This document shows, one piece after another, positions 20,834 through 42,455 of a DNA stretch of 64,000 bases (its first letter is position 1; every line of letters begins with the position of its first letter). The translations under genes and the position numbers were made by a program. The notes beneath the pieces are model-generated. The model saw only the letters and a program-made list of their open reading frames with translations. It was not told the DNA's origin and did no database searches. Source of the stretch: the human T2T-CHM13v2.0 reference genome, Homo sapiens; NCBI RefSeq assembly GCF_009914755.1, contig NC_060940.1; one strand, written 5' to 3'.

Positions 20834-21236
20834 TTTTTTTTTTTTTTCTCAGACGGAGTCTTGCTCTGTCACCCAGGCTGAAGTGCAGTGGCGCGATCTC
20901 GACTCACTGAAGCCTCCGCCTGGGTGACAGAGCGAGAATCCATATTAAAAAAAAAAAAAAAAATTTTTGCCCAGGCTAGAAGTACAGTGATGCAAGTGTG
21001 ATCTCGGCTCACTGCAACCTCCGCCCCCCAGGTTCAAGCAATTCTCCTGCCTCAGCCTCCGTACTAGCTGGGATTACAGGTGTGCGCCACCACATCCAGC
21101 TACATTTTTGTATTTTTAGTAGAGATGGGGTTTCACCATGTTGGCCAGGATGGTCTCGATCTCCTGACCTCGTGATCTGCTGGCTTCCAGCCTCCCAAAG
21201 TGCTGGAATTACAGACGTGAGTCATCGCGCCTGGCC
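20834..21236 (-). mobile_element. Composite Alu with an internal inverted segment
   Basis: Minus 3' end, plus-strand tail, then minus Alu resumes. Confidence 0.85.
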
Positions 21237-21249
21237 TCAAATCTTAAGA

Positions 21250-22000
21250 CATCCATCCATGAATCTATCTGTTCATCCATCCCAAACGTGTAATGAGTAA
21301 CTACTATAATCTGGACATCCTTCTAGGTAATGGGGATGAGAAAGGTGAAGGAAGGAAAAAAAAAAAAAGACCATTGTCTCAGCAAGTCAAGAAGCTCAAC
21401 CACAGGAGGACAAAAGAAGGAAGAGTCAGGTTGGAAAGGGAATAAACAATAAAAATATAGTGTGATAAATGTGATAACAAGCATGCAGGAGATTTTACAG
21501 AACACAAAGGAAGAACACATTTTGGTGAGTGGTAAGAGGAGGGACAGGGAGTCTTGGTAGCAGTCCAGTCATCCTGGGCTTGATCCTCAGGGATAAGAAG
21601 CAATTTAGTCAGATGAACTGACGGAGATTGGGCTTCTAAGTGTACAAAAGTAGAAAGGACACAAAGAATAAATGATAACCTATGGAAACAGAGTTCAGAA
21701 TAGCTGGAGTTGAAGGTATGAAAGATGAGATGGGGCGCAGGGGTCAGATCACATTGAATACCGCAGTTCATATTAAAGGTTTTGAATTTTATCTTAAAGG
21801 AAATGGAAGGTTAATGGATAATTTTGACCAAAGAACTCAAAAGATCACATCTGATTACACTGGAGAAGGGCAGGATTTAGGGAGGTTAGTAGACCAAGAG
21901 GCAAGAACTTATTTGAATGAAAAAAGATGGGATATACTTGAGATACTTAGAATAAAGTAATTACAGGATTAGGGTGTGGGCTAGGGGATGAAGGGAAAAA
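21250..22000 (-). mobile_element. L2 LINE remnant
   Basis: Degenerate L2 3' region (tttgaattttatcttaaaggaaatggaagg, aagatcacatctg). Confidence 0.6.
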
Positions 22001-22350
22001 TTTCCTTCAGTCAAGCTCCTTGAAAATATAGTCAGCCTACTGGGAGACACCTCCCAGTAGGGGCCAACAGATATCTCATACAGGCAGGTGCCCCTCTGGG
22101 ACGAAGCTTCCAGAGGAAGAATCAGGCAGCAATATTTGCTGTTCTGCAGCCTCCGCTGGTGATACCCAGGCAAACAGGGTCTGGAATGGACTTCCAGCAA
22201 ACTCCAACAGACCTGCAGCTGAGGGGCCTGTCTGTTAGAAGGAAAACTAACAAACAGAAAGGAATAGCATCAACATCAACATCAACAAAAAGGACATCCA
22301 CACCAAGACCCCATTCGTAGGTCACCAACATCAAAGACCAAAGGTAGAAG

Positions 22351-23372
22351 ATGGGGAGAAACCAGAGCAGAAAGGCTGAAAATTCCAAAAACCAGAATGC
22401 CTCTTCTCCAAAGGAACACAACTCCTCACCAGCAAGGGAACAAAACTGGAAGGAGAACGAATTTGACAAGTTGACAGAAGTAGGCTTCAGAAGGTCGGTA
22501 ATAACAAACTTCTCTGAGCTTAACGAGCATGTTCTAACCCATCAAAAGGAAGCTAAAAACCTTGAAAAAAGGTTAGACAAATGGCTAACTAGAATAACCA
22601 GTGTAGAGAAGAGCTTAAATGACCTGATGGAGCTGAAAACCACAGTACGAGAACTTCGTGAAGCATACGTAAGCTTCAATAGTCGATTTGATCAAGCGGA
22701 AGAAATGATCAGTGATTGAAGATCAAATGAATGAAATAAAGCCAGAAGACAAGATTAGATAAAAAAAGAGTGAAAAGAAACGAACAAAACCTCCAAGAAA
22801 TATGGCACTATGTGAAAAGACCAAATCTGCATTTGATTGGTATACCTGAAAGTGACAGGGAGAATGGAACCAAGTTAGAAAACAATCTTCAGGATATTAT
22901 CCAGGAGAACTTCTCCAACCTAGCAAGGCAGGCCAACATTCAAATTCAGGAAATACAGAGAACACCACAAAGATACTCATCAAGAAGAGCAACCCCAAGA
23001 CACATAATTGTCAGATTCACCAAGGTTGAAATGAAGGCAAAAATGTTAAGGGCAGCCAGAGAGAAAGGTCGGGTTACCCACAAAGGGAAGCCCATCAGAC
23101 TAACAGCAGATCTCCTTGCAGAAACCCTACAAGCAAGACGAGAGTGGGGGCCAATATTCAACATTCTTAAAGAAAAGAATTTTCAACCCAGAATTTCATA
23201 TCCAGCCAAACTAAGCTTCATAAGTGAAGGAGAAATAAAATACTTTACAGACAAGCAAATGCTGAGAGCTTCTGTCACCACCAGGCCTGCCTTACAAGAA
23301 CTCCCGAAGGAAGCACTAAACATGGATAGGAACAACCGGTACCAGCCACTGCAAAAACATGCCAAATTGTAA
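22351..23372 (+). pseudogene. L1 ORF1 (p40), frameshifted near 22710
   Basis: MGRNQSRKAENSKNQ... and ...YVKRPNLHLIG...RYQPLQKHAKL* lie in two frames. Confidence 0.93.
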
Positions 23373-23435
23373 AGACCATTGACACTATGAAGAGACTGCA
23401 TCAATTAACGGTCGAAATAACCAGCTAGCATCATA

Positions 23436-27950
<4,515 letters not shown>

Positions 27951-29022
27951 ATGACAACACATGGTCACAGGGAGGGGAACATCACACACTGGGGCCTTTT
28001 GGGGGTGGGGGGCTAGGGGAGGGATAACATTAGGAGAAATACCTAATGTAGGTGACGGGTTGATGGGTGCAGCAAAGCACCATGGCACATGTATACCTAT
28101 GTAACAAAACTGTACGTTCTGCATATGTAACCCATAACTTAAAGTATAATAATTAAAAAAAAGTATAGTACATACGATTATGTGCAATACATACTTGATA
28201 TTGATAATAAATGACTATGTTACTGGTTTTTGAAAAAAAAAAAAGAAAATTTAGTCTATAGCTCGTTTAAACTACTTCCTCTTTTATTCACCCTTAAAAT
28301 TTTAAGTCAAAGCTATGTTGAGTCAAACGGTTCTATAAAGTTAGTTTAAAAAATCAAAACAAGAAATTCCCTGTCCAAAGCCCCACCCACTCCCCAGAAG
28401 CGGGCACTTTCAATTCTTTTTGCTTACGTTAATTACCTCCATATTTTTAAACTACATGCTTAAACTGTCATTTCTTGACTTGTCACTTTTAGATATTCTG
28501 TAGTAACTTACACTATAAAAGATGAGGAATGAATTCTCATACCCATCTTCCTGGTCCCACTCCTCCCCATACAGTTAAATCATCATGTTGTTAGATACTC
28601 AGTATTCACATTATTGACTATGTAAAAAGTTATATATACTGAGACACAGAATATTGTATTTATTTTCCTATACGACTTTTAGTTTGCTCTATAGTTAAGT
28701 CACTTATTTCATAGGCCTATTTTCCTATACACCCATTATTAATTAATCCTCAATCTCTTTACTAGAAATGTAAATCTCCTCTCAAAATGTTCTGCTGTGT
28801 CCAGTGAGACATTCATCTTGCAGTCTTTTCATTTTCCTGTTTCCATCAGGGACTGGCTATTTTCTCTGTACATGCATCATCCTTCTCCAGCATCCTCAGA
28901 ATTTCCTTTGCTTTTCTCTCAGGCTGATTCATTAGTCACTGGGTTCTTAATCTTTCTCTGCCTTGGTGTATTCCCTCATTTTCTTTAAGCACATCCTCCA
29001 GGGGCTTTATTTAAAAACACGT

Positions 29023-29330
<308 letters not shown>

Positions 29331-29559
29331 ATGCATGAGTCATAAATGTTTGGAAGAACTGCATGCCAGAAATATCTTTATATTACTTTGACTGGATATC
29401 ATTTTTCGGTAAGCACTTGTCCACTGTCTTCTAGCTTCTAGGAATGCTAATGGGAAGTATATTACTCAAATTGCCACTACTTTGATTTTGACCTGGGTTT
29501 TTCTTCTCTCTGAAAGCTTTAAGGTATTTTGTTTATTCTCAGGATTGTGAAATTTTACC

Positions 29560-30390
29560 GACAGGCAGCAGTGAGCAAAAAGGACAACAGCCTTCAAGGA
29601 GTTTACATTCTATGAAAGAGAGAAAGATAAGGCACAAATTATCAAGTAAATGTGTCAGGTGATAAGCTAGGGCAAGGTGAATTGAAAGTAGGGGAATGGG
29701 GTACTATTTTCCATAAGAGAGTAAGAGAAGGAAAATGAATAGCCACGAAAGATGAATGTTCCATGTGGAAAGAATAGCGAATGCAAAAGTCCCGAGTCAG
29801 GAACATTTTCTGAGTATCTGAAGAATAGCAAGGAGGACACTGTGGCTTAAGTAGAGGTGGCAAGGGGCAACGGTCGTAGGAGAAGAGGTCAGAGAGTTGG
29901 TATTTGCACGCTTGCAGGGCACAAAGATTTGGGAGTTTAATCAGTGAGAAAAAAGTTTTAGGGGTTTTTGGACAGAGCAGTAATATGAACTAACATGATA
30001 GAGGGATCATTCCAGCTGTAGGATAGACTAAGCAGGAGGGAGACTGCTTAGGAGGCCAACACAGAAGTCCCGGAGAGACATGATGATGACTTGTATCAGG
30101 GCAATAGCAGTGAAAATGGCCAAATTCAGGATATATTTCAAGGAGCAGCCAGAAGATTACTAATGGATTGAATGTGAAGTGTAAGAGGAGAAGAATCAAG
30201 GTTTCTGATTTGAGCAACCAGAAGAATAGAGGAGCCACTAGTGGGGATGGGGAAGACTACAGGAAGAGAAGGTTTAGGGGCAGAAAAATCAAGAGTTTCG
30301 TTCTGGAAATGACTATTAGACAAAGTAGAAATGTGGAATCAGCAGCTAAAGTCTGAGGTTCTATGGAAAGGTCTGGGCTGAAAAAAGACA
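29560..30390 (-). mobile_element. L2 LINE remnant
   Basis: gaagaatagcaaggagg, ggatcattccagctg, gaatcaaggtttctgatttgagcaac. Confidence 0.65.
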
Positions 30391-31354
30391 ATAACAACAA
30401 ATTGCCAGGAGGACAGCATCAACTGTCCCTCCTCAATGTAAGTCCTGGCAGCAGTTCATGGAGCCATCTGGAGGCATTTTCTCCCCATGGCCGTTGTGAC
30501 TATTGTCTAGTCACAGGGGCATGGAAAGGAGGTGCCTTGGCTCAGAAGCCTCAGGCCCCATGGGAACCAATATCCTTTGTAACAACGCTCTGGGCAGAGT
30601 TTCCAGGGTCCCTGCAAAGGATACATCCAGGCTTATGAGTCACCACATTCAGCAAAGCATGAAAGTACGGCATCCCGATTGGGCATTTATAATTCATTAA
30701 CAGCTCTTCACAGCCCATCTAAAATTTACCAATCAGGGTCATTTTAATTATAAACAATGCTGCCTAGGCATTTAGTTGATATTTTGCTCTCATTAGGTTA
30801 AGGGAAAGGGAAATTAAGAAGTTAATAGAATTCAAATACTTATGAAAATGGGAAAAGGGCTTTGCTAACCTTTTACTCATAGGGCTGTTGCGAGCTGCTA
30901 CAAATATTTAGCCCTTTTGGGCAGATTTACAAGTATTTGTGTAGGGTAAACACCTAGAAGTAAAATGGCTGTATCATTTGCTATGCTTTAGCTAATACTG
31001 CCAAGCCAGCTTTGAAAGCACTAGCTGTGCTAACTATCACCGTTGTTCCACATTCACACAGATACTCGGTATTGGCACTGTCAAGGTACTGGTATCTCAC
31101 TGAGATTTTCATTTTCACGTCCCTGATTACTAAGCGAAGTTAAGCACCTTTTCATTGTTTTTAGTTCATTCAGACGTCATCTTTGAGACATGGCAGATTA
31201 AGTATCTTACATATTTTTTTTTATTCCACTGGCTTTTCTTTGTTGCTCTGTGTGACTTCTTTACATATTCTGGATACACTGTCAGACGTATGTATTATCA
31301 ATTTTTTTACTTTTCCATGGTTTGCCAGTTCATACTCTTAATATTGTATGCTTG

Positions 31355-31650
31355 TTTATTTATTTATTTGAGACAGGACCTTGCTCTGTCACCCAGCCTG
31401 GAGTGCAGTGGCGTGAACATGGCTCACTGCAGCCTGAAGCTCCTGGGCTCAAGCGATCCTCTCGCCTCAGTCTCCAAAGTAGCTGGGACCACAGGCCTGC
31501 ATCACCACACCCAGCTAATTTTTCATATTTTTTGTAGAGACAGAGTTTCACCATGTTGCTCAGGCTGGTCTCAAACTCTGGGCTCATGCAGTCCTCTCAC
31601 TCTGGCCTCCCAAAGTGCTGGGATTACAGGCCAGAGCCACGGAACCCAGC
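31355..31650 (-). mobile_element. AluJ-like
   Basis: Diverged dimer. Confidence 0.9.
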
Positions 31651-32596
31651 AATACTGTCTTTAATGAAACAGATTTTTAAGTAACCAATTTATCAGTCTT
31701 TTTGCTTTATACTTAGTGCTTTTTGTTTCCCAATTAAGAAAACTTAAATTTTTAATTTCTGGGTACATAGTAGGTGTATATATTTATGGAGCACAAGAGA
31801 TACTTTAAAAGAGGCACACAACCATTTAAGAAATCTTTGCCAATCTCCAAGTCATGAAGATATTTTCCTATTTAGAAATTTTACTGTTTTACTTTTCACA
31901 TTTGGATCTGCAGGGCATTCAGAATGGATTTTCCATGAATGGCATACATTAAGGGTTAAGATTCTTTATTCAAGTATCCATTTATGTATGAATCTGCTTC
32001 TACCACACTGCCTTAATTACCGCTGCTTTACGGTAACTCTTCCACCAGGTAGTACAGTCTCTCTGCTTGGTTCTTCAAGATCGCTTTGGCTGTTACAGGT
32101 ACTCTGTGTTTCCACATAAATTTTAAAATCACGTGGCAATTTTGCTAACAATAAATATGGGATTGCACAGAATCTATAGTCAATGTAATGAGCATTCACA
32201 TTTTTTATAACACCAAGTCTTCCAACTCATGAGCACAACTGCTCATTTATTTATTTAAAGGCCTTCAAATTTCTCTTAATAATATTTTACACTTATCTGT
32301 AGAGTGGTCTTACACATTTTTGTTAGATTTATTCTTAAGTATTTGATGCTTTACATGTTACTTTAAAATAATATTAATTTTTAATATATTTTTAAAATTG
32401 GCTTGTTAATAATATATAAAAGTACAATTAAATTTTACATACTGACCTTCTATCATGAGACTTTACTAAGTTCATCTGTTAAGTACTTGCTGGTCCATTT
32501 ATAAATTCTTTTGGATTTTCTATTTATATAATTACCTCATCTGTAAATAATGACAATTTATGATTCTGCTGATAGTGCATTTTAAAAAAAATAATA

Positions 32597-32900
<304 letters not shown>

Positions 32901-35109
32901 AATGACAGCTCAATTTTTTCCTTTTTAATTATTACCTGTTTTCTTTTTTCTTGCCTTACTGCACTGGCTAGGACCTCTACGATAATAAGTAACTATGTCT
33001 TGTTGCCAATCTTGGGTAGAAAGCTGTTAATATTTCACCATGAAGTACGATGCTTGCTGTAGGCCTTTTTATAGACACGTTTTATCAGATTAAATAAATT
33101 CCCTTCTAGGGTGGGTGCTAAAATTGGAAATTTGAATGCTAATTTGATATTTGATGATGTTAAAGAATTATGGTATTTTAAGATATGACAACAGTACTAT
33201 GGTCTTTTTTTTTTTTTAAAGTCCTTATCCTTTAGAGTATTTACTGAAATATTAACAGATGACATGATATGATGTCTCGGTTATGCTTCAAATGAATACA
33301 AAGGGAGGGGAAGTACATAAGGATATAAATGACACAGTACCAATCTGAATTAATATTTGAAGCTGTATGGTGATTCCATGGGGGCTGGTTATACTACTCT
33401 GTTGAGATAGAATTTACATTGTAAAATTCGCCCTTCCAGAGCACAACTCAGAGGTTATGGTTGTACAATCATCACCACTAATTCCAGAATATTTCCCCAA
33501 AAGAAACTCTGTATCTATTAGCAGTCACCTACCATTCCCCACTTCTCTGAGTTCCTGGAAACCACTAACCTTCTTTCTGTCTTTGTGTCCTTTTTGTGAT
33601 CTTTTGAGTCCAGTTATTGAGGTTCATCCATGTTGTAACATGTATTAGTACTTCATTTTTTTGCAAACTGATATTTCACTGTATGGCCACATCATGTTTT
33701 ATTTATCCATTAATCAGTTAATAGGCATTTGGGCTGTTTCCATTTTTGAGCTTTTACTAATAATGCTGCTATGAACACTTATGTACACATTTTTGTGTGA
33801 AAATGTGTCAGCTCTCTTGGGTATACATCTAGCAGGGGAACTCATGGGTCATATAGTAACTCTATTTAACTTTCTGAAGAACTGCTAATCTGTCTTCCAC
33901 AGTGGCTGCACTATTTCACATTCCACCAGCAATTTCTCTAGACTCACACCAACATTTGTTAATTGTCCACCTTTTTGATTACACCCATCCTTCCTAATGA
34001 GCGTGAAGTAATATCTCATTGTGGTTAGGATACACATTTCCTTTTTTTGTTTGCTTTTTAAAGAGACAGGGTCTCACTATGTTGCCCAGGCTGTGGCATG
34101 ATCATACCACCGTGCCTGGCTACATTTTTAAAATTCTTCTTTGTAGAGATAGGGGGTCTCCGTATGTTGCCCAGGTTGGTCTTGAACTCCTGGCCTCAAA
34201 CTATCCTCCGGTATTAACTTTCCAAACTGCTGGGATTAAAGGTATGAGCCACCCCACCCAGCCCTGCATTTCCTTAATGACAATGATGTTGAGCATCTTT
34301 TCATGTGTAACTGGCTATCTGTATATTTTCTTCTGAGAAATGCCTATTCAAATCCATTGCCCGTTTTAAAATTTGCTTTTTATTCTAGAGTTGGAAGAGT
34401 TTTTGTATGATCTCAATACTAGACCCTTTATCAGGTATATGATTTGTAAGTATTTTCTCTCATTGTATAGGCTGCCATTCAACTTTCTTGATAGTGTCTG
34501 ATGCACAAAAGTTTTTAATTGTGATGAAGTTCAAGTTATCTGGTCAGGCGCAGTGGCTCATGCCTGTAATCCCAGCACTTTGGGAGGCTGAGGCAGGCAG
34601 ATCACTTGAGGCCAGGAGATGGATACCAGCCTGGGCCACAGAGCAAGACCCCCATCTCTACAAAATAGAGACAGAGCAAGACTCCATCTCAAAAATAAAT
34701 AAATAAATAAATAGAAGTTATTCAGGCTGGCCAGATACCCAAACAATTTTCCGAGAGAGAAGTATCAATTGAAAAATGAAAATAGTATATAAGTAACAAA
34801 CAGTTTTAAAGTAAAATATAACTTGTACATAAAATATAACATAATGGAAGGTCATTGTACTCTCCAAGGGAGAAAGAGAAGACTTGAGAGTTGGTGATGG
34901 TTGGTAAAGGCAGGGTATGAGGGAATCATTCTCTGGAAAGTAATGTAAAATCAGATGACTGACTATGAGGCAGGCATTCAGTATCAGTATGAAGACATAT
35001 TTTATGGTAATTCTTTTCCTTAGAACTTTGGCACTTAGAAAAAACTGATGTGGAAAGATTCATGACATTACCTGTAGATGAATCTTTGAGATTTAAAAAA
35101 TACACTTTG

Positions 35110-35420
35110 GGCCGGGTATAGCAGCTTACACCTGTAGTCCTAACACTTTGTGAGGCTGAGAAGGTTGGATTGCTTGAGCCCAGAAGTTAGAGGTCAGCCT
35201 GGGCAACAAAGTGAAACCCCATCTCTACAAAAAATACAAAAATTAGCAGGGCATGGTGGTGTGCATCTGTAGTCCCAGCTACTCAGGAGGCTGAGGTGGG
35301 AGGATCACTTGAGCCTGGGAGACTGAAGCTGGAGTGAGCCGTGATCACACAACTACACTCCAGCCTGCGTGACAGACCAAGACCTTGTCTCAAAAAGCAA
35401 AACAAAACCAACACCAAAAA
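35110..35420 (+). mobile_element. AluJ-like
   Basis: Diverged dimer. Confidence 0.9.
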
Positions 35421-35905
35421 CCACTTTTTGACATGGAGAAATACTGTATGTGCAAGACACACTGAAGAGGAACAGAAGATGCTACTTGATCACTTCCTGC
35501 TATCACTCCTTTAGCACTCCTAACTATGAGGTAGAATTCAAATTTGTTCCATGTGATAGTCTGACTAGTGTTGAGTAAGTCGCTACACGCAAATTTGCTT
35601 AGAACAATAATGTCTCAGGGCATAATCTGTGTTTTGGGTAAAGTGCTATCAACCTGTAAGGGTCATGATGGCTAAATACCATTAACTGAACAATCATTAT
35701 GTGAAACAAATCTGTATCCTGATTATACATCCTTAACTTGGTCACAGTCCAAATTGAATTGATATTATGCTACCTCATACACAATATAAGAATATTCCAA
35801 AGTAAAATTATATTTTTATTCCTACCCACCCTTTGTGCTACTGTTGTCATATATTTTATTCTACATGTTATAATCTGAAAGTATACTGTTATTGTTTTGG
35901 CTTAA

Positions 35906-36970
<1,065 letters not shown>

Positions 36971-37198
36971 ATTTTCATTTTTTAAAGGGGTATTTTTTGC
37001 TGGATATAGAATTCCATGTTGGCATTTTCTCTCAGCATTTTACATTTATTGTTTCATTTGCTCTAGTTTCTACTGCTTGCTTTGTTGAGAAGCCAGCTGT
37101 CATTTTCCTTCCCTCAAGAGAATGTCTCTTTTTCTCTGCCTGCTTGTTGAGTTTTCTTTTTATCTTTTCGTTTTGGCAGATTGTTAATAATGTGTCTA

Positions 37199-37937
<739 letters not shown>

Positions 37938-38089
37938 TGAATCTGTTTTTATGTCCACTAAAGCTGTCTTTTAAAACTACCCATAAGTTCTTAATTTCTG
38001 AAATTACATTTAGTCCAAAAATGTCTAATTGATTTTCTTAATAAAGACTAATTCTCGGTTGAAATACTTCATATTTTCATCCATTTTAA

Positions 38090-38168
38090 TTTTCCTCTAT
38101 TTATAGGAAAATATTTTATTTTCCTCTATTTTATTTATAGGAAAATATTTTATTTTCCTCTATTTTAT
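38090..38168. repeat. Short tandem duplication (~30-35-bp unit, attttcctctattttataggaaaatatttt)
   Basis: Unit present about 2.5 times. Confidence 0.75.
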
Positions 38169-38480
38169 TAGTTATTTGAAGTCCTTGTCTGCTATTAATA
38201 ATTCCAATATATGAATTACCTCTTCTCTGGATCTCTCTCTGTTGGCTACTTTATCTCTTGATATCTTCCTGCTTCTTCTCATATCCAGCCATTTCTGATA
38301 GCATGCGGGACATTATGAATGGCTATATTATAGAATTTCTGGGTTATATAATTGTTCTCTAAAGAGTCCTGACTGCTTCTTACATAGACCTTCCACCAAA
38401 TCTCCTGTTTTTTGGATACTATTTGTCCCCCATTTTCAGCAGTATCGTATCCTTCCTATTCCTTGGCTCTTTGAGAGTTC

Positions 38481-38770
38481 TTTTTTTTTTTTTTTTTTTT
38501 TTGTGACGGAGTCTCACTCTGTCACCCAGACTGGAGGGCAGTGGCACGATCTCACTGCAACTTCTATCTCCCCGGTTCAAGCGATTTTCCTGTTTCAGAC
38601 TCCTGAGTAGCCAGGATTACAGGGGTGTGCCACGACGCCTGGCTAATTTTTTTATTTTTAGTAGAGGGGTTTCACTATGTTGGCCAGGCTGGTCTCAAAC
38701 TCCCGACCTCAGGTGATCCACCCAGCCTTCCAAAATTCTGGGATTACAGGTGTGGACTACTGCGCCCGGC
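38481..38770 (-). mobile_element. Alu
   Basis: Full dimer; flanking repeat tggctctttgagagttc. Confidence 0.92.
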
Positions 38771-39034
38771 TGGCTCTTTGAGAGTTCCAAGGCACACATC
38801 AACTTTTTTCTGGGTTTCTCTTCTGTCAGATTCAGTCTATTGATGGATTTTGAGGTTTTCCCCTAATCCTTTGCTTTATAAATAATGCCACAACAAATAT
38901 CCTTTTATAGACACATCTCTATCCATTCTTTTAACTATCCATAAATTCATAGAAGTAGAAATGCTGGGTCAAAACATATGCATTTTAGGTTGACTGTTTT
39001 ATAGCTTGTTTTTATTCCCATACATAGGCTTGAA

Positions 39035-39252
39035 CAGGGTTCAGCCAACTTCTTCTGCAGAGAGCCAGAAAGTAACAGTTCTCAGGGAACTGTAGTCACT
39101 GTTGCAGTTACTCAACTTTGCCATCCTAGTGTGAAAAGCAGCCACTGGCAATACATAAATAAATGGTGTGGCTGTTTCAATAAAATTTTATGTATAAAAA
39201 CAGGTAGTAGACTGGATTTGGCCTAAGTGTTGTAGTTTTTTGATCTATGGGC
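39035..39252 (+). mobile_element. MER58A-like hAT-Charlie element
   Basis: cagggttcagccaac...actcaactttgcc...gtgaaaagcagcca...ggctgtttcaataaaa...ggatttggcc. Confidence 0.75.
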
Positions 39253-39962
39253 TAGAGAATGCTTAAATACACACATCCTTATCAATACTGTGTATTTATC
39301 CTTTTTTTTTTTTTCTTTTTAAGAGATGGGGGGCTCACTTTGTTACCCAGGCTGCAGTGCAGTTTTGTGATCGTAGGTCACTGCTACCTCGAACTCCTGG
39401 CTCAAGGGGTCCTCCAGCCTCAGCCTCCCGAGTAGTTGGGAGTACAGGTGCGAACCCATTTATCAAATTTTTGATATTTGCTAATCAAATGGATGACAAC
39501 AGTGCACTCATTTTTTGCTGAATTTTTATGCTTTTGATTCTGAGGGAGAATAAACTTTTTACTGTTTATTGGACACCTTTTTCTTTTCCTGTGAACATTC
39601 TATTCATGTCTGTTATGTTTATTAATAGCATTTTCTATTAACAAATATAGTCCTTTTCATCTGCATTGTGAATACTTTTTTACAAAACATTTTTTGGGGA
39701 GAAAACTTTCAATGTAATCAGATATAGATGCAGATATATATTTTTAAAACATCATTTGGGGTTGTGTCATATTTAGAAAAGCCTTCCCTCTAATCTTCTA
39801 GTATTCTTCTAGTTTTATTTTGTACTTGACTTACCTAGGTTTTCGTAAGAGTAAGTAGTTAACCTAAATAGCCAATCTGTCTCTGCTTATACAGCCTCCG
39901 GTCCCATCTACCTTCTATAATGTGATAGAGTGACTTTTGCCACATATAGATGCCTCTTCTAA

Positions 39963-40295
<333 letters not shown>

Positions 40296-40788
40296 CATCT
40301 CCATTATTAAGCCTTTTCTGACATCAACTCACCTGGACAAAATTCATTTTTGTGTCTCCAGTGTCTTCTGTATAGACTTCTACCAAAGCACCCAATACTT
40401 TTTGCACAGAGTTGATTTCACATCAGTCTCCTTTTAATGTGCTACTATAACGTTTGGCAAAAAGAAGATGACTGTGTGATAAGTAAATGAGAAAACTTTA
40501 AAACAGGAAATTCTAAAGTTGTAAACTTGATAAGCAGAGAATTATTTTCACATGGTAGCTGTAACTGAAGAAAAACTTAAGTACGTAAATATTATTTGGG
40601 AGAACCTGCAGGCTTCTACAATGAAGGGTTATTTGTTGATTTTACCAGCATCCTTAAAGTTTGTCATCCTTTTAAGATTAAGACTGTAAGAAAACATAGC
40701 ACTTCCCAGAACAACAGGAAGAGCATCCCGAAATCTGTCATCGTATCTATAAAGCACATATGGCGCATCACAGAAAATCCATACTTAC

Positions 40789-40821
40789 ATGATTGCAGTC
40801 TGAAGAAATTTCATTTTCAGG
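40789..40821 (-). CDS. GLG1: GLG1 coding exon 2 (33-nt microexon; PENEISSDCNH)
   Basis: Translated by hand; long pyrimidine tract ending ctcttctag|CCT, donor CAT|GTAAGT; peptide precedes LLWNYK in GLG1. Confidence 0.95.
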
Positions 40822-41177
40822 CTAGAAGAGAAAAAAAAGAAGAGATGATGTAAAAAAAAAAAATATATATATATATAGAGAACCTTTCAAGTTTTCAAAC
40901 ACCACCAAAATAAACTCAAAACAAGAAATCTGAATATTCAACCAAATATGCTTCTTCAACATAAGGAGTAAAATGGAGCTTGCATATCTTTTAGGCTGTT
41001 GGGGAGAAATGTACCAGAAAGGTACATGAGACTTAACCCCTTCCCGATGGTGCAATGTGAAGATGGGGAGAATGGAGAAGAATATGCTAAAGCAATAAAT
41101 AAAGCAACAATGACATAAGGACTCCTACAGGACACTTTATAATTCACTTATTATAGAGTGCAGAGAAAGTCGCTCAA

Positions 41178-42455
<1,278 letters not shown>

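Noticed and set aside
22034-22350. Active L1 promoter, antisense promoter or ORF0
   Set aside because: The upstream part of the 5'UTR that carries these is missing, and both ORFs are disrupted
28001-28022. G-quadruplex motif
   Set aside because: Normal feature of L1PA 3'UTRs
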